Positions 13,881 to 26,490 of a stretch of 64,000 nt of DNA are shown here, one piece after another. Positions within the stretch are counted from its first letter, which is position 1. Each line of letters starts with the position of its first letter. Below the pieces are notes generated by a model. That model was not told the origin of the DNA and did not search any database. It saw only the letters and a program-made list of their open reading frames with translations. The stretch is taken from assembly GCF_006345805.1 (NCBI RefSeq), contig NC_043007.1, forward strand, positions 74,834,001-74,898,000, written 5' to 3'. A program made the translations under genes and the position numbers. This stretch comes from Octopus sinensis (taxonomy: Eukaryota).

Positions 13881-14540
13881 ATCTTCATTTATAGGTGCAG
13901 ATGTGGCTGTGTGTTAAAGAAGCTCACTTTGCAACCTTGTGGTTTTGGGTTCAGTCCCACTGTACAGCACCATGGGCAAGTGTCTTTTGTAAATCAGTCA
14001 GGAAGATTTCTTTTGTAAGAAGCCCTAGGCTGACCAATGCCTTGTAAGTAAAATTGGTAAATGGAAATTATGTGAAAGTCTGTTGTATATATGTGTGCAT
14101 CTGTATGTATACATATTTGTGTTCATCCCTGCTCATCACCACCACCACTCAACAACTCCTGTTGGTTTGTTTTCATCCCCATGACTTGTGGTCTGGCAAA
14201 AGAGACCATTAGAATAAGAATCAGGCTTAAAAATGTAATTACTGGGGTTGATTTGCACCCAGAGTCACAATGTAAAGTGGTTGCTCCTAGGAAGAGTATC
14301 CAACCACAAAAACACGCCACAAGTGGAAAGAGCATATAAAGGGGTTATGGACCCGCAAACTGCACCACAGGCAAACGATCTATGGAAGGTCATAACTTGA
14401 TAAAACAAGTGTTAAATAACCAATAATTGTTTATGATTGATTCTTTGTGAATCAGTCATGGGAATTTCTTTTGTAAGAAACCTAGTTTGTTTGTGCATTT
14501 AGCAGAAACACCATATCAAAGGATGTGTGTGTGGTGTGTG

Positions 14541-14632
14541 TGTTAAATAAAATGAGGCAACAAAACCAAGGCTGTGTAGAATTTATATAAATTCCACACA
14601 GCCTTGGTTTTGTTGTCTCATTTTATTTAACA
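14541..14632. repeat. 92-nt near-perfect palindrome of a Penelope-like element end
   Basis: Arms read directly; they share caacaaa(a/g)ccaaggctgtgt(a/g)gaattt with the hammerhead-bearing element at 23739. Confidence 0.85.
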
Positions 14633-14764
14633 TATACAGGCTCACACAAGACCCGCATTAGACTCCTCACTCGTATTATTATCAAATCAAGAATCTAATT
14701 AAGGCCCCCTCCATAGCACTTACATAGCCTTACCTATCATCTTGGGTCTTCTGGATACCAATAC

Positions 14765-14808
<44 letters not shown>

Positions 14809-15331
14809 AATTTATAACTAAGGATAATATCGATATTTAAATATCGATCTTATCAAGTGGCCAGCATGGGAATAAATACCATACAAAGGTAATAATTATT
14901 TAAAACTATAAATTAAGGTATCTTGACTGAAATAGCAGTCAAAACCCTGACCCTAAAGCCACCTTAAATGTTCATATCACACTAGGAAAGAAGACAGAGA
15001 GACAAAATAAACTAGCAAAAAAAGATTTTTCTGGATAATTCAAGACCCTGGATTTCTGACTTTGCCAGCATGGTGGTATCTCTCAGATACCCTAATTTAT
15101 AGTATTATATATATATATATCCTTTAAGTTCGTTTATGGGAAAGATTTTTGAGCATGCTCATAAAAAAGCTCCTACATTATTTATTCCACCTACTGCTTA
15201 TTGTTCTCATCTTCCGGAGTAATTTTTATGGGGTAGTTATTAGTCTGGTGCCACCATAGAGTAGGGTAAATATAGTAATAACAAGAACTTTTAGATGGAA
15301 ATTCATAAATCCTTGATATACATGTGTGTGT

Positions 15332-15371
<40 letters not shown>

Positions 15372-15944
15372 GCATGAAGGCATGTGGCTAAGTGGTTAGG
15401 GCATTCAGCTCAAGCTTGTGAGGTCATGAGTTCAATATCTGGTGGCATATTGTGTCCTTGAGTAAGACACTTCATTTCACTTTGCTCCAATCCACTCAAC
15501 TGGCTGAAATGAGTTTTACCACTATTTGGATGGATGGATGGATGGATGAATGGATGGATGGATGGGTAGATGGATTGACAGACAGACAGGCAGACAGACA
15601 ATGGTTTCAAATTTTGGCACAGGTCAGCAGATTTTGAGAGAAAGGGCAAGTCAATTACATCAGTTCCAGTACTTGATTGGTACCTATTTTATTGACCAAG
15701 AAAGGATGAAAGGCAAAGTCAACTCCGCAGAGTGTGAGCTTAGAATATAAAAATGGATGAAATGCTGCCAAGCATTTTGTAGGCATGCTAACAGTTCTGC
15801 CAGCTCACAACCTCATAGACAGAAAGATAATGAAAATGGATGTACAAGTTATTTACCCCACCTGAAAAATCACACAAATGAATATAACCACAATCTATCG
15901 CTCATCAGTCATCAACCTAATATCAACAATTTTAAACGTTTGAA

Positions 15945-16260
15945 CATCATCATCATCATCGTCATCATCATTGTTTAACGTCTGTTTTCCATACTAGCAT
16001 GGCTTGGACGGTTTGACCGGGGTCTGGGAAGCCAGGAGGCTGAACGAGGTTCCAGTCTGATCTGGCAGTGTTTCTACAGCTGGATGCCCTTCCTAATGCC
16101 AACCACTCCGTGAGTGTACTGGGTGCTTTTTACGTGCCACTGGCACAGGTGCCAGGGGAGGCTGGCATTGGCTATGTTCGGATGGTGCTTTTTACGTGCC
16201 ACCGGCACAGGTATCACAACTACAATTTCCATTTGATATTTATTTTGATGTTGATGTATT
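15945..16260 (-). mobile_element. RTE-type 3' end or derived short retroposon with V-domain-like core
   Basis: ggttggcattaggaagggcatccagctgtagaaac core and (GAT)n tail. Many copies, e.g. 18470-18740, 25410-25600(-), 28155-28380, 37045-37700(-), 41520-41880, 46910-47150(-), 48300-48570, 59985-60440. Confidence 0.8.
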
Positions 16261-18013
16261 TGACTCAATATGTCTCCAATTGAACAATATTGTTCAATTT
16301 AGCAAAGTCACAATAGCAACTGCTGTAAATATAGACAACCAGATATGATAGATTTCAGAGGACAGAGAAAATTGAGGAAAGGACAGAAAAAAGTTATATA
16401 TACACAACAGACTTCCTTCAGTTTTTGTCTACCAAATCTACTCACAAAGCTTTGGTCAGCCTGAGGATATAGTAGAAGACACTTGCCCAAGATACCACAC
16501 AGTGGTACTGAACCTGAGACCATTTTGTTGAGAAGCAAACTTTTTACCACACAGCCATGCCTGCCCCTGAATAATTTCAGGAAATCTATCTTAAATCATA
16601 TACCAACAGAGCTCAATAATATACAATATATTTCGGTGTTAATGCTTATGTGTAGACTTGTTAAAAATTAAGATTAGACATCTCTACTGGAAATGATTTG
16701 CAGCCAATAGCTCTTATGGTAGTGAGAATGAGGAAATATTGATTGGAGCTGTTTACTAAGGTGTCAGTGTGTGATTAGAACAATTTGGATTATATTATAC
16801 AAGTGCTTTTCCTCATATTTCCATGGAAACATATACTGAGAAGTGGGTTTTGTAGCTGTGTGCAAGTCTATGCATGTGTATATGTATTATGTATGTATGC
16901 ATGTGTGTATGTATGTGTGTATGCTTGTATGTATTTATATATATATATATATATATATAGAATGAATACATATATATATATATAAGTATTCATTCTCTTA
17001 TGTTTATCTATTATAAACATTGCATCAATATTAGTTATTTTTGTTATTATTTATTGTTATTTTGGCCCAGGGAAGGCAGTGAGTTGGCAGAATTGTTAGT
17101 CCATTGGACAGAATGCTTAGTATAATTTCTTTCAGTTCTCTATGCTCTGATTTAAAATCATACCAAAGTCAATTTTTCCTTTCATAAAATAAAAGAACTA
17201 CTCATGTACTGGGCTTGATGAAATCGATTACCCCATCCACCTTGCCTAAAATTGCTGAACTCAGGCCAAAATCTGAAACAATTATTTAGGTCCACGTCAG
17301 GCATAATGGGGCTGATGTCTAATCAAATGTGTTCCATCCATCATCTTCCATGCTTCTTTCTCAGACATTTTATATCTAGCATTCCATGGCGTAGCTAGAT
17401 CATGTGCCAACCAGGATAGCTCTTGTGTTTGCTGCACTACCACCATGTTCCCTTATACAGGCTTATACAGCAAACCCCAAAGTGCCACCCGATTGCTCTC
17501 ACTTCCAGCTATATTAAAATTGTAGGATGCGATTTAAGTAAAATTTGATTTATTTCTAGAAGTTTGAGTGTCCACATAAAGGATTCTATTGTTTCTTAAG
17601 AGTGGGTTTAGATGTTAATATTCTGAATTCAACTTCTACTAAGGTCAACTTTGCCTTTCATCCTTTCAGAGTTGACAAAATAAGTACAAGTTGAGTAGTG
17701 GGGTCAATGAAATCAACTAACCTTTTCCCCCTAATTTCAAGCCTTGTGCCTATAGTAGAAAGGATTGTTATTATTATTATTATTATTTAAGGTTGTGAGC
17801 TGGCAGAATCATTAGCACTCTGAGCGAAATGCTCAGCAGTATTTCGTCTTCCACTACGTTCTGAGTTCAAATTCTGCAAAGTCAACTTTGCTTTTCATCT
17901 TTCAAAGTCGATTAAATAAGTATCAGTTACACACTGGGGTTGGTGTAATCAATTTAATCTCTTCTCCCAAATTTGAAGCCATGTGCTTCCTGTAGGAAGT
18001 TGTTATTATTATA

Positions 18014-18078
<65 letters not shown>

Positions 18079-19199
18079 CATCATCATCATCATTATTTAA
18101 GGTGGTAAGCTGGCAGAATCATTAGCATGCTGGACAAAATGTTTAGCAGTATTTCACCCATCACTGTGTTCTTAGTTCAAATTCTGCCGAGGTCAACTTT
18201 GCTTTACAGCTGCTTAGGGTCAATAAAATAAGTACCAGTTAAACCCTGGGGTCGATGTAATTGACTCAACCCCTCCTCCAAAATGGTTACCCTTGTGACA
18301 AAATTTGAAACCATTATTATTATCATTATTTCTAGTGAATTTGTGATATATTGGGCACATTTATGACTTTTGAATACAAGTAGTTACTCTTGGAACATTC
18401 TATTCTATAATTTTACACAAGCTTACTCTAATACACTAAAATAGATTTAGAAATATTGCAAAAAGCACTGTTGATGGTGCCACATAAAAAGTGCTGGTGA
18501 CGGTCCCATGTAAAAAGCACTGGTGATGGTGTCACTCTGTAAAGTGGTGAGCATTAGGAGGGGCATCAAGCTGTAGAAACCATACTGAAACAGACTATGG
18601 GACCTGGTGCAGGTCCTGGCTTTGCCAGCTCCTGTCAAACTTTCTAATCCATGCCAGCATGGAAAATGGACATTAAATGATGATGACAATGACAATAATG
18701 ATGATGATGATGGTGATGATGATGATGAGGATGATGATGCAACAAATGCCAAACAAATGGCAGGAAAAATTGAATTGTGGAAGAAAAAGTCAGAAACACA
18801 AAGTATAGAAGCCAACATGAAGTAAAACACACAAACTAGGAGCAGAGGACAGCAAATCTGAGAAGCTTCTGGAAAGTAATATCACTCAAAATGTAAGAAG
18901 TGGGGATCAGTAGGAATGGTAATTTATGTAGTTGCTGTAATTGATAGGTAGAAGCCACCACCATAAAAATCTCTGGCAGACTGTCAGGAAAGTAGAACCA
19001 GATGCACTGGAATATTTATAAGTGAATGAAATGAAGAACATGGGCTGTTAAGATATTCTTACTAGAATTAGTAGATCGGTTCTGTTATTTAGATGATGGT
19101 ACTAGTGTTGGAATTGGTTCTTTTGATCATGGTAAAAGTTGTAAACTAGATTAAAAATGATTAAAAAGCTGTTATTTTGTTGGAAACAAAAGGTTTCTC

Positions 19200-19930
<731 letters not shown>

Positions 19931-21688
19931 GTGTGTATAAATAATGTAGAAGCTGTGACATGGTCATGCAACATGAGATGTGGTAAAATATGGGGCATGA
20001 ATTTACGTGTAATACAGTTAAGGTATGAAAACAGAGTAGTCATTTGTGTATGTGTGTGTGTATGTGTAATGCTAGTTTTATGAGAGAGATGCTGAGTGCA
20101 AGCAAGCTGAGAAATGTGGTTAGGCAGTAAAGATATTGGTAGATGAATTGCAGAAGATATTTAGCATCAAAGTCAGTAGTAGTTAAACAGACAGCAAATA
20201 AAAATTCTACTGCTGGATAGAAAACAAAATTATAATCCTACAATATCTACTACCTATTTCAGACAGATAGGCAATGGAGATTTGTGAAATTGTTTCTTGT
20301 CCAAAGACATAACAAAATGTTAGATAATAAATTCTTAACTCATGTATTCTGTTGAAACCATTCTCTGATGATGGTTTTTATTTTGGTGCAAAGCCAGTCA
20401 TTTTAGGGAGGAGGTGAGTCGATTACATTGACCTCAGTGCAGCACTAGTACTATTTTATCAACCCCAAAATGCTGAAAGCAAAGTCGATCTCAATGGAAT
20501 TTGAACTCAGAATGTAAAGACCGACAAAATGCCACTAAGCATTTCACACAGTGTGCTAACAATTCTCCCTGCTCACTGCCTTAAATCATTTTCTTATAAT
20601 GATTTCTTTTTTCGCCTGCCCTTACAAATCAAAAGTCATTTTTCTATTCCAGAAGTATTAACTATAATTAAAAAATAGTCTAAAGTAGATTTACCAAATA
20701 TTATTGTAACTGTAAGAAATATACAAGAACATCCAGCTACCTTGTTTTAGTGGTAGCCCTGTGTTATTCATAGTTATGCATTCACATTGACTAAAGCGGC
20801 AAGTTTAACAGCATTTCACCTGTTTTTAGGTCCCGAGTTCAAATTCAGCTGAGATCATCTTTGCCTTACATCCTTTTGGGGTTGATAAAATAAGTACAAG
20901 TTGAGCATTGGGGTCAAAGTAATCAACTTACCCCATTCCCCAAAATTACTGGCCTAGTGCCAAAATTTGAAAGCAATATATTCACATTGACTGCAAGCAT
21001 TTTGTTTACATGGTCATTTTAGTTCTGTGCTTGTATTTATATAATTTTTTTACAATTCAGTTCTTGGTCAACTCATTTAGTTGTTCACTGGGGAAGAATT
21101 TATGATTATTTCATTGCTAATAGTCAAATAATTCATTGTTATCATCATCGTTTAACATCTGTCTTCTCCGCACGCACAGGTAGGAGAGTTGACAGGAACT
21201 GGCCAGGTAGAAAACTATCCTAAACTACTGTCTGTTTTGGCAGGGTTTTTATGGCTGGATGCCCTTCCCAACACCAACCACTCTGCAGAGTGGACTCAGT
21301 GCTTTATTCATGTCACCAGCATAGGCAAGGTTAGTTTTGGTATGATTTTTACAGCTGGTTGCACTTCCAAATGCCAACCCCTTTACAATGTGGACTGGAT
21401 GCTTTTTACATGGCACCAGCACTAGCAATGTCACCAAGTAACTCACAAGACAAGGAATTATGAGAGGGTTAGGGGCATTTGAGGAGGGGAACATGTGTCA
21501 GAGAATGAATAGTTAGTGTGACAGAGAGGCAAAAAAAAAAGGCATAGAGGTAGAAACAGGTATTTTGCTATAATGGAGTGTGACAGTGGTGGAAGTGATC
21601 TGATATCAGATGGTGAAAGGTTAGAGTGTGACAGAGAAATAGAGAGGCAGAAATAGGTGTCATGCTATAGAAGAGGTACATCATTACC

Positions 21689-21733
<45 letters not shown>

Positions 21734-21914
21734 AAAAGAGGGAGAGGAAGAGACAGGGAGAGAGAGGTACAAGAAAGTGGACCGAAGCAGTTGTGCTAAT
21801 GTAAAAAAAAAATTATTTGACTTTTAGTAATGAGATAATCACAGATTTTCCAGTAGACTGTTATATATCATATATATGTAAGTATGTATGTATTATGTAT
21901 GTATGTATTATATA

Positions 21915-21946
<32 letters not shown>

Positions 21947-22174
21947 GATAATATATATATGTATGTATGTATGTTTGTATGTATGTATGTTTGTATGTAT
22001 AATATATGTATGTATGTATGTTTGTATGTATATATATATGTATGTATGTATGTTTGTATGTATAATATATGTATGTATGTATGTATGTATTATGTATGTA
22101 TGTATGTATGTATGTATATATGTATGTATGTATGCATATGCATATATATATATGTATGTTTATGTTTATATGTT

Positions 22175-22470
22175 ATGGAGATGTACTTGCATAGCAAGTG
22201 ATTTGATCTGAGATCGTGCGCTGAAACACACAAAAGCCGTTCGATTCACTTCAACATTTAAGTTTAATTTGTCAAAATATTTTCGTTGCTATAAGACCGC
22301 GACCTGTTCACTGACAAAAATCCGAGATGCAGCACGGATTTTTGTCAGTGAACAGGTCGCGGTCGTTAAAGCGACAAAAATATTTTGACAATTAAACTTA
22401 AATGTTGAAGTGAATCGAACAGCTTTTGTGTTTTCTTAAATCCCTACAAACACTTTCCACGCTGCAATTG
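22175..22470. mobile_element. Penelope-like element end with fold-back; two inverted copies of a hammerhead-like motif
   Basis: Arms about 22228-22324 and 22335-22437; same family as 46410-46760 and 49340-49548; inserted in (TATG)n/(TA)n. Confidence 0.7.
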
Positions 22471-22487
22471 TATGTTTATATGTATGC

Positions 22488-22524
<37 letters not shown>

Positions 22525-22851
22525 ATGTAGGTCCGGGTTGATTCGGGGTTAACCACAGTGAATAAGGTACTCAATACATAGCAGAGTAAAATTAATTATT
22601 ATATAGAAGGAGCTCTACAGGACTAGAACTGTTTCATTCAAGAGAAATCTTCAGGAAGCTCATCTGTCTTCTCCGCACGCACAGGTAGGAGAGTGACAGG
22701 AACTGGCCAGGTATAAACTATCCTAAACTACGTCTGTTTTGGCAGGGTTTTTATGGCTGGATGCCCTTCCCCACACCAACCACTGCAGAGTGGACTCAGT
22801 GCTTTATTCATGTCACCGCATAGGCAAGGTTAGTTTTGGTATGATTTTTAC

Positions 22852-22902
22852 AGCTTCCTGAAGATTTCTCTTGAATGAAACAGTTCTAGTCCTGTAGAAG
22901 CT
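22852..22902 (+). ncRNA. Type I hammerhead ribozyme motif (RyR sense strand)
   Basis: Stem I AGCTTC/GAAGCT; core CTGAAGA; stem II TTC-tctt-GAA (weak, U.U closing); GAA; stem III ACAG/CTGT; GUA cleavage triplet. An inverted copy with a 1-nt deletion lies at about 22611-22660. Confidence 0.7.
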
Positions 22903-22911
22903 CCTTCTATA

Positions 22912-22945
<34 letters not shown>

Positions 22946-23052
22946 CATATATGTGTGTATATATATGTATGTATATGTATATGTATATATGTGTATGTGT
23001 GTATATATATGCATATTTATATATATATATGTATATATGTGTATGTATATGC

Positions 23053-23084
<32 letters not shown>

Positions 23085-23738
23085 TCATTGTTTAATGTCT
23101 GCTTTCCATGCTGGCATGGGTTGGACGGTTTGAGGACTGACATGCTCAAATGGTGCTTTTTATGTGCCACCGGCACAGGTGCCAGTCAGGCAGCACTGGC
23201 ATCAGCCATGACTATGATTTCACTTGACACAACAGGTCTTCTCAAGAACAGCATATCTCTAAAGGTCTCAGTCGCTTGTCATTGCCTCTGTGAGGCCCAA
23301 CGTTCAATGGTCATGCTTCACCACTTCATTCCGTGTTTTCCTGGGTCTACTTCTTCCACAGGTTCCTTCAACCGCTGGGGTGTGACACCTCTTCACACAC
23401 TTCCATATGCAACACATGACCATACCAGCACAGTTATCTCTCTTGCACACCATATCTGATGCTTTCTATGTCCAACTTTCTCTAAGGGCACTTACACTCT
23501 GTTGTGTATGCTCACTGACATTACACAAGCAACGGAGCATACTAGCTTAATTTCTTTCAAGCCTACACATGTCCTCAGCTGTCACAGCCCATATTTCACT
23601 GCTGTGTAGTATGGCTGTTCACACATGCATCATACAATCTACCTTTTACTCTGAGTGAGAGGCTCTTTGTTACCAGCAGAGGTATTAGCTCTCTGAACTT
23701 TACATATATACGCACACACACACATATATATATATATA

Positions 23739-24110
23739 GACAACAAAGCCAAGGCTGTGTGGAATTTTCAGGACAATTATAAAGAGAAAGTTAGTCTTAC
23801 AGCTGTTTCTAGGATATTAGGAATATCCCTTCATCAGAGACGATGTGAGATGGTTGAATAGATGGAAATAAGAGAATATGAGTAAAAATAAAAATATATA
23901 AAGGATGTTATAGTTGTAGTTCCATTATTCAAGGATAATGGTGTGTAGAAGTGGTAGAAATGGTTCTTGTCCATGATATGTAAATTCCGATAGGAGTTCA
24001 TATTTTGTCATTACAAATGGAAAGTGTGGAGACATAGGCTCCATGTGTTGTTCATTCAATGGGGTCTTGTGGTGGGAGTGAAGTTTTGAGAATGTAGTGG
24101 TAGTATTAAG
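23739..24110 (-). mobile_element. Penelope-like element 3' portion (frameshifted GIY-YIG C-terminus plus 3' UTR with hammerhead)
   Basis: Minus frames give SQNFTPTTR / EQ / WSLCLHTFH / NDKI*, like the R..RE..W...L.T..P.G.N end of GIY-YIG domains; HHR downstream; flanked by (TA)n. Confidence 0.65.
23794..23841 (-). ncRNA. Minimal type I hammerhead ribozyme motif
   Basis: Minus strand: GTCT CTGATGA AGGGATATT-cct-AATATCCTA GAA ACAGCTGT A AGAC. Canonical core, palindromic stem III as in Penelope dimer-type HHRs, mismatch at the base of stem II. Confidence 0.8.
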
Positions 24111-24404
24111 TAGATACATATATATATGTATATGTATATGTATATGTATATATATGTATATATGTATACATATATATACATGTATAAATATATATACATA
24201 TAGATATACATATATATATATGCATATATATATATACATATATACATATATGTATGCATATATAGACATATATATATATACATATATATATATACATATA
24301 TACATATATATATGCATATATAGACATATATATATGTATATATATATATATATATACATATATATACATACATATATATATACATATACATACATAAATA
24401 CATA

Positions 24405-24449
<45 letters not shown>

Positions 24450-24540
24450 GCATACATATATATATATATAATATATATATATATACATATACATACATAC
24501 ATACATATATACATATATACATATATATATACATGCATAT

Positions 24541-24588
<48 letters not shown>

Positions 24589-24620
24589 CACACACACATA
24601 CACACATACATGTAATATAC
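24110..24620. repeat. (TA)n/(TACA)n microsatellite block
   Basis: Direct reading; similar blocks at 21880-22170 and 30800-31100. Confidence 0.95.
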
Positions 24621-26179
24621 ATATTGTGAAAAAGAAGACATTTTTGGACTTTGAAAATGAAAGTATTGTTGGAAATGCAAACATAGCATCATTTGCATAT
24701 ATTTAAAACTCGTTTATATCTATTCACTTGTTTCTTTCACTGAACATTTCTACTAATCTCTCTCATTCCAAAATTAACCAGTTTCTCTTTCTCTCTATTT
24801 CTTGACTATTTTTTATTTTTCCATTTTTATTTAACAAACATAGAATTGTTTTTAGTTCTGCTAATTTTGTAATGTTACATTTGTCACAATTGGCAAACAA
24901 TGCAGCTATTGGTTATAGGAATTTTATAAGTTTATCATCGGCTTGTTGCACTTCTGACAAGGGAGTATTTCTAACTCGGTGCATAGCAGATATCATAGGG
25001 GACTTGTAACTACTTTAAGAGTAGCAGTTTTTCAGTTTCCTCTCTTCTGTTTACATTCTTCATCAAAAAATACAACCCTTCTACACACACACATATGTTA
25101 GACTTCTGCACAGTTTCCATCTGTAAATTACCACCAACAAGATATTGGGCCACCCAATATGAAGAAATGAATTGGAAGCTGATAGATTAGTTATATATAT
25201 ATATACATACAAAACAATTACAAAGATTTCTTCAAATTTTTCTTTTAATTTAACATTTAATTATACAGCATAATTAATTAGTTAAAATGACTGACATGTT
25301 TCTGTTGCATAGGGTATATGCAGGTTAACCATAACCTGGACTATACCTGAGAGCTCTTATGGTACCCATTTGGATAATCTATTCCTACGTACTCATCATA
25401 CATATATTATCATCATAATCATTGTTTAATGTCTGCTTTCCATACTGGCATGGGTTGGACAGTTTGACTGAGGACTGGCAAGCCAGGAGGCTGTACCAGG
25501 CTCCATTGTGACCTGGCAAGGTTTCTTCAGCTGGATGCCCTTCCTAACACCAACCACTCCAAGAGTGTAGTGGGTACTTTTTATGTGCCACCAGCACGAA
25601 AAATTTTGCAAAATAAAAAAGAAATAAGTGGAAATTTTACCAGTGAGTGTGTTAAATAATAAGGCACTAAAAGAGAATGATCTCTCCCCAGACACAACAG
25701 AATATGCTTCAACACACGAACTCACATAAAGAAGTTTATAAAACAAATCCAAAAACGAAATATATGTATATTGTTTTTAGAAAAACATAAATCCGGAGAA
25801 GACGCACATTCTAAGAAGTAGAGCAATGTATATTTTTTCTCAATCATTTATTAAATTATCTCAAAAGTTTAGTTATTCTTATTAAGTCAGAAATTATGAT
25901 ACTGTATTGAAAGATTATTGGATCAAACAATCTACTAGGAATAGTGGTTAAATCTTCATAATATCACACTGTCTTAAAAATCAAGAGACACTTGATATGA
26001 TTTGATAGTGTGACTCTTTGTTCACTTTACCTGAAATAACATGACTGAGATACCCATAGCTGGAAGCGCTTTGATCATAGGTCTACCTGATTCGAGGCAA
26101 CCTGGGGTTAAGCAACTATAATAAGTAAACCTTGAAACAATATTTGGTTTGTAAATTTTAGATATAATAGGAATGATAT

Positions 26180-26490
26180 GTGGAGGTGCAATGGCCCAGT
26201 GGTTAGGGCAGTGGACTCGCTATCAGAGCAACGCAGTTTCAATTCACAGACCGGGAATTGTGTGTGTTTATTGAGTGAAAACACCTAAAAGCTCCACGAG
26301 GCTTCAGCAGTTGGGTTTGGGCGACCCCTGTTGTACTTTCTGTCATTCTCTCTTCCAGTTTCTTGAGTAACGCTGTGATGGACTGGCATCCCGTCCAGCT
26401 GGGGGGAACACATACACCACAGAAACTGGGAAACCGGGCCCATGAGCCTGGCTAGGCTTGAAAAGGGCAATGTTTATCGTTATGGTTTTG
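26180..26490 (+). mobile_element. tRNA-headed SINE (head A + body X) with 10-bp TSD
   Basis: Head ggaggtgcaatggcccagtggttagggcagtggactc; direct repeat ggaatgatat at 26170-26179 and 26491-26500. Confidence 0.88.
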
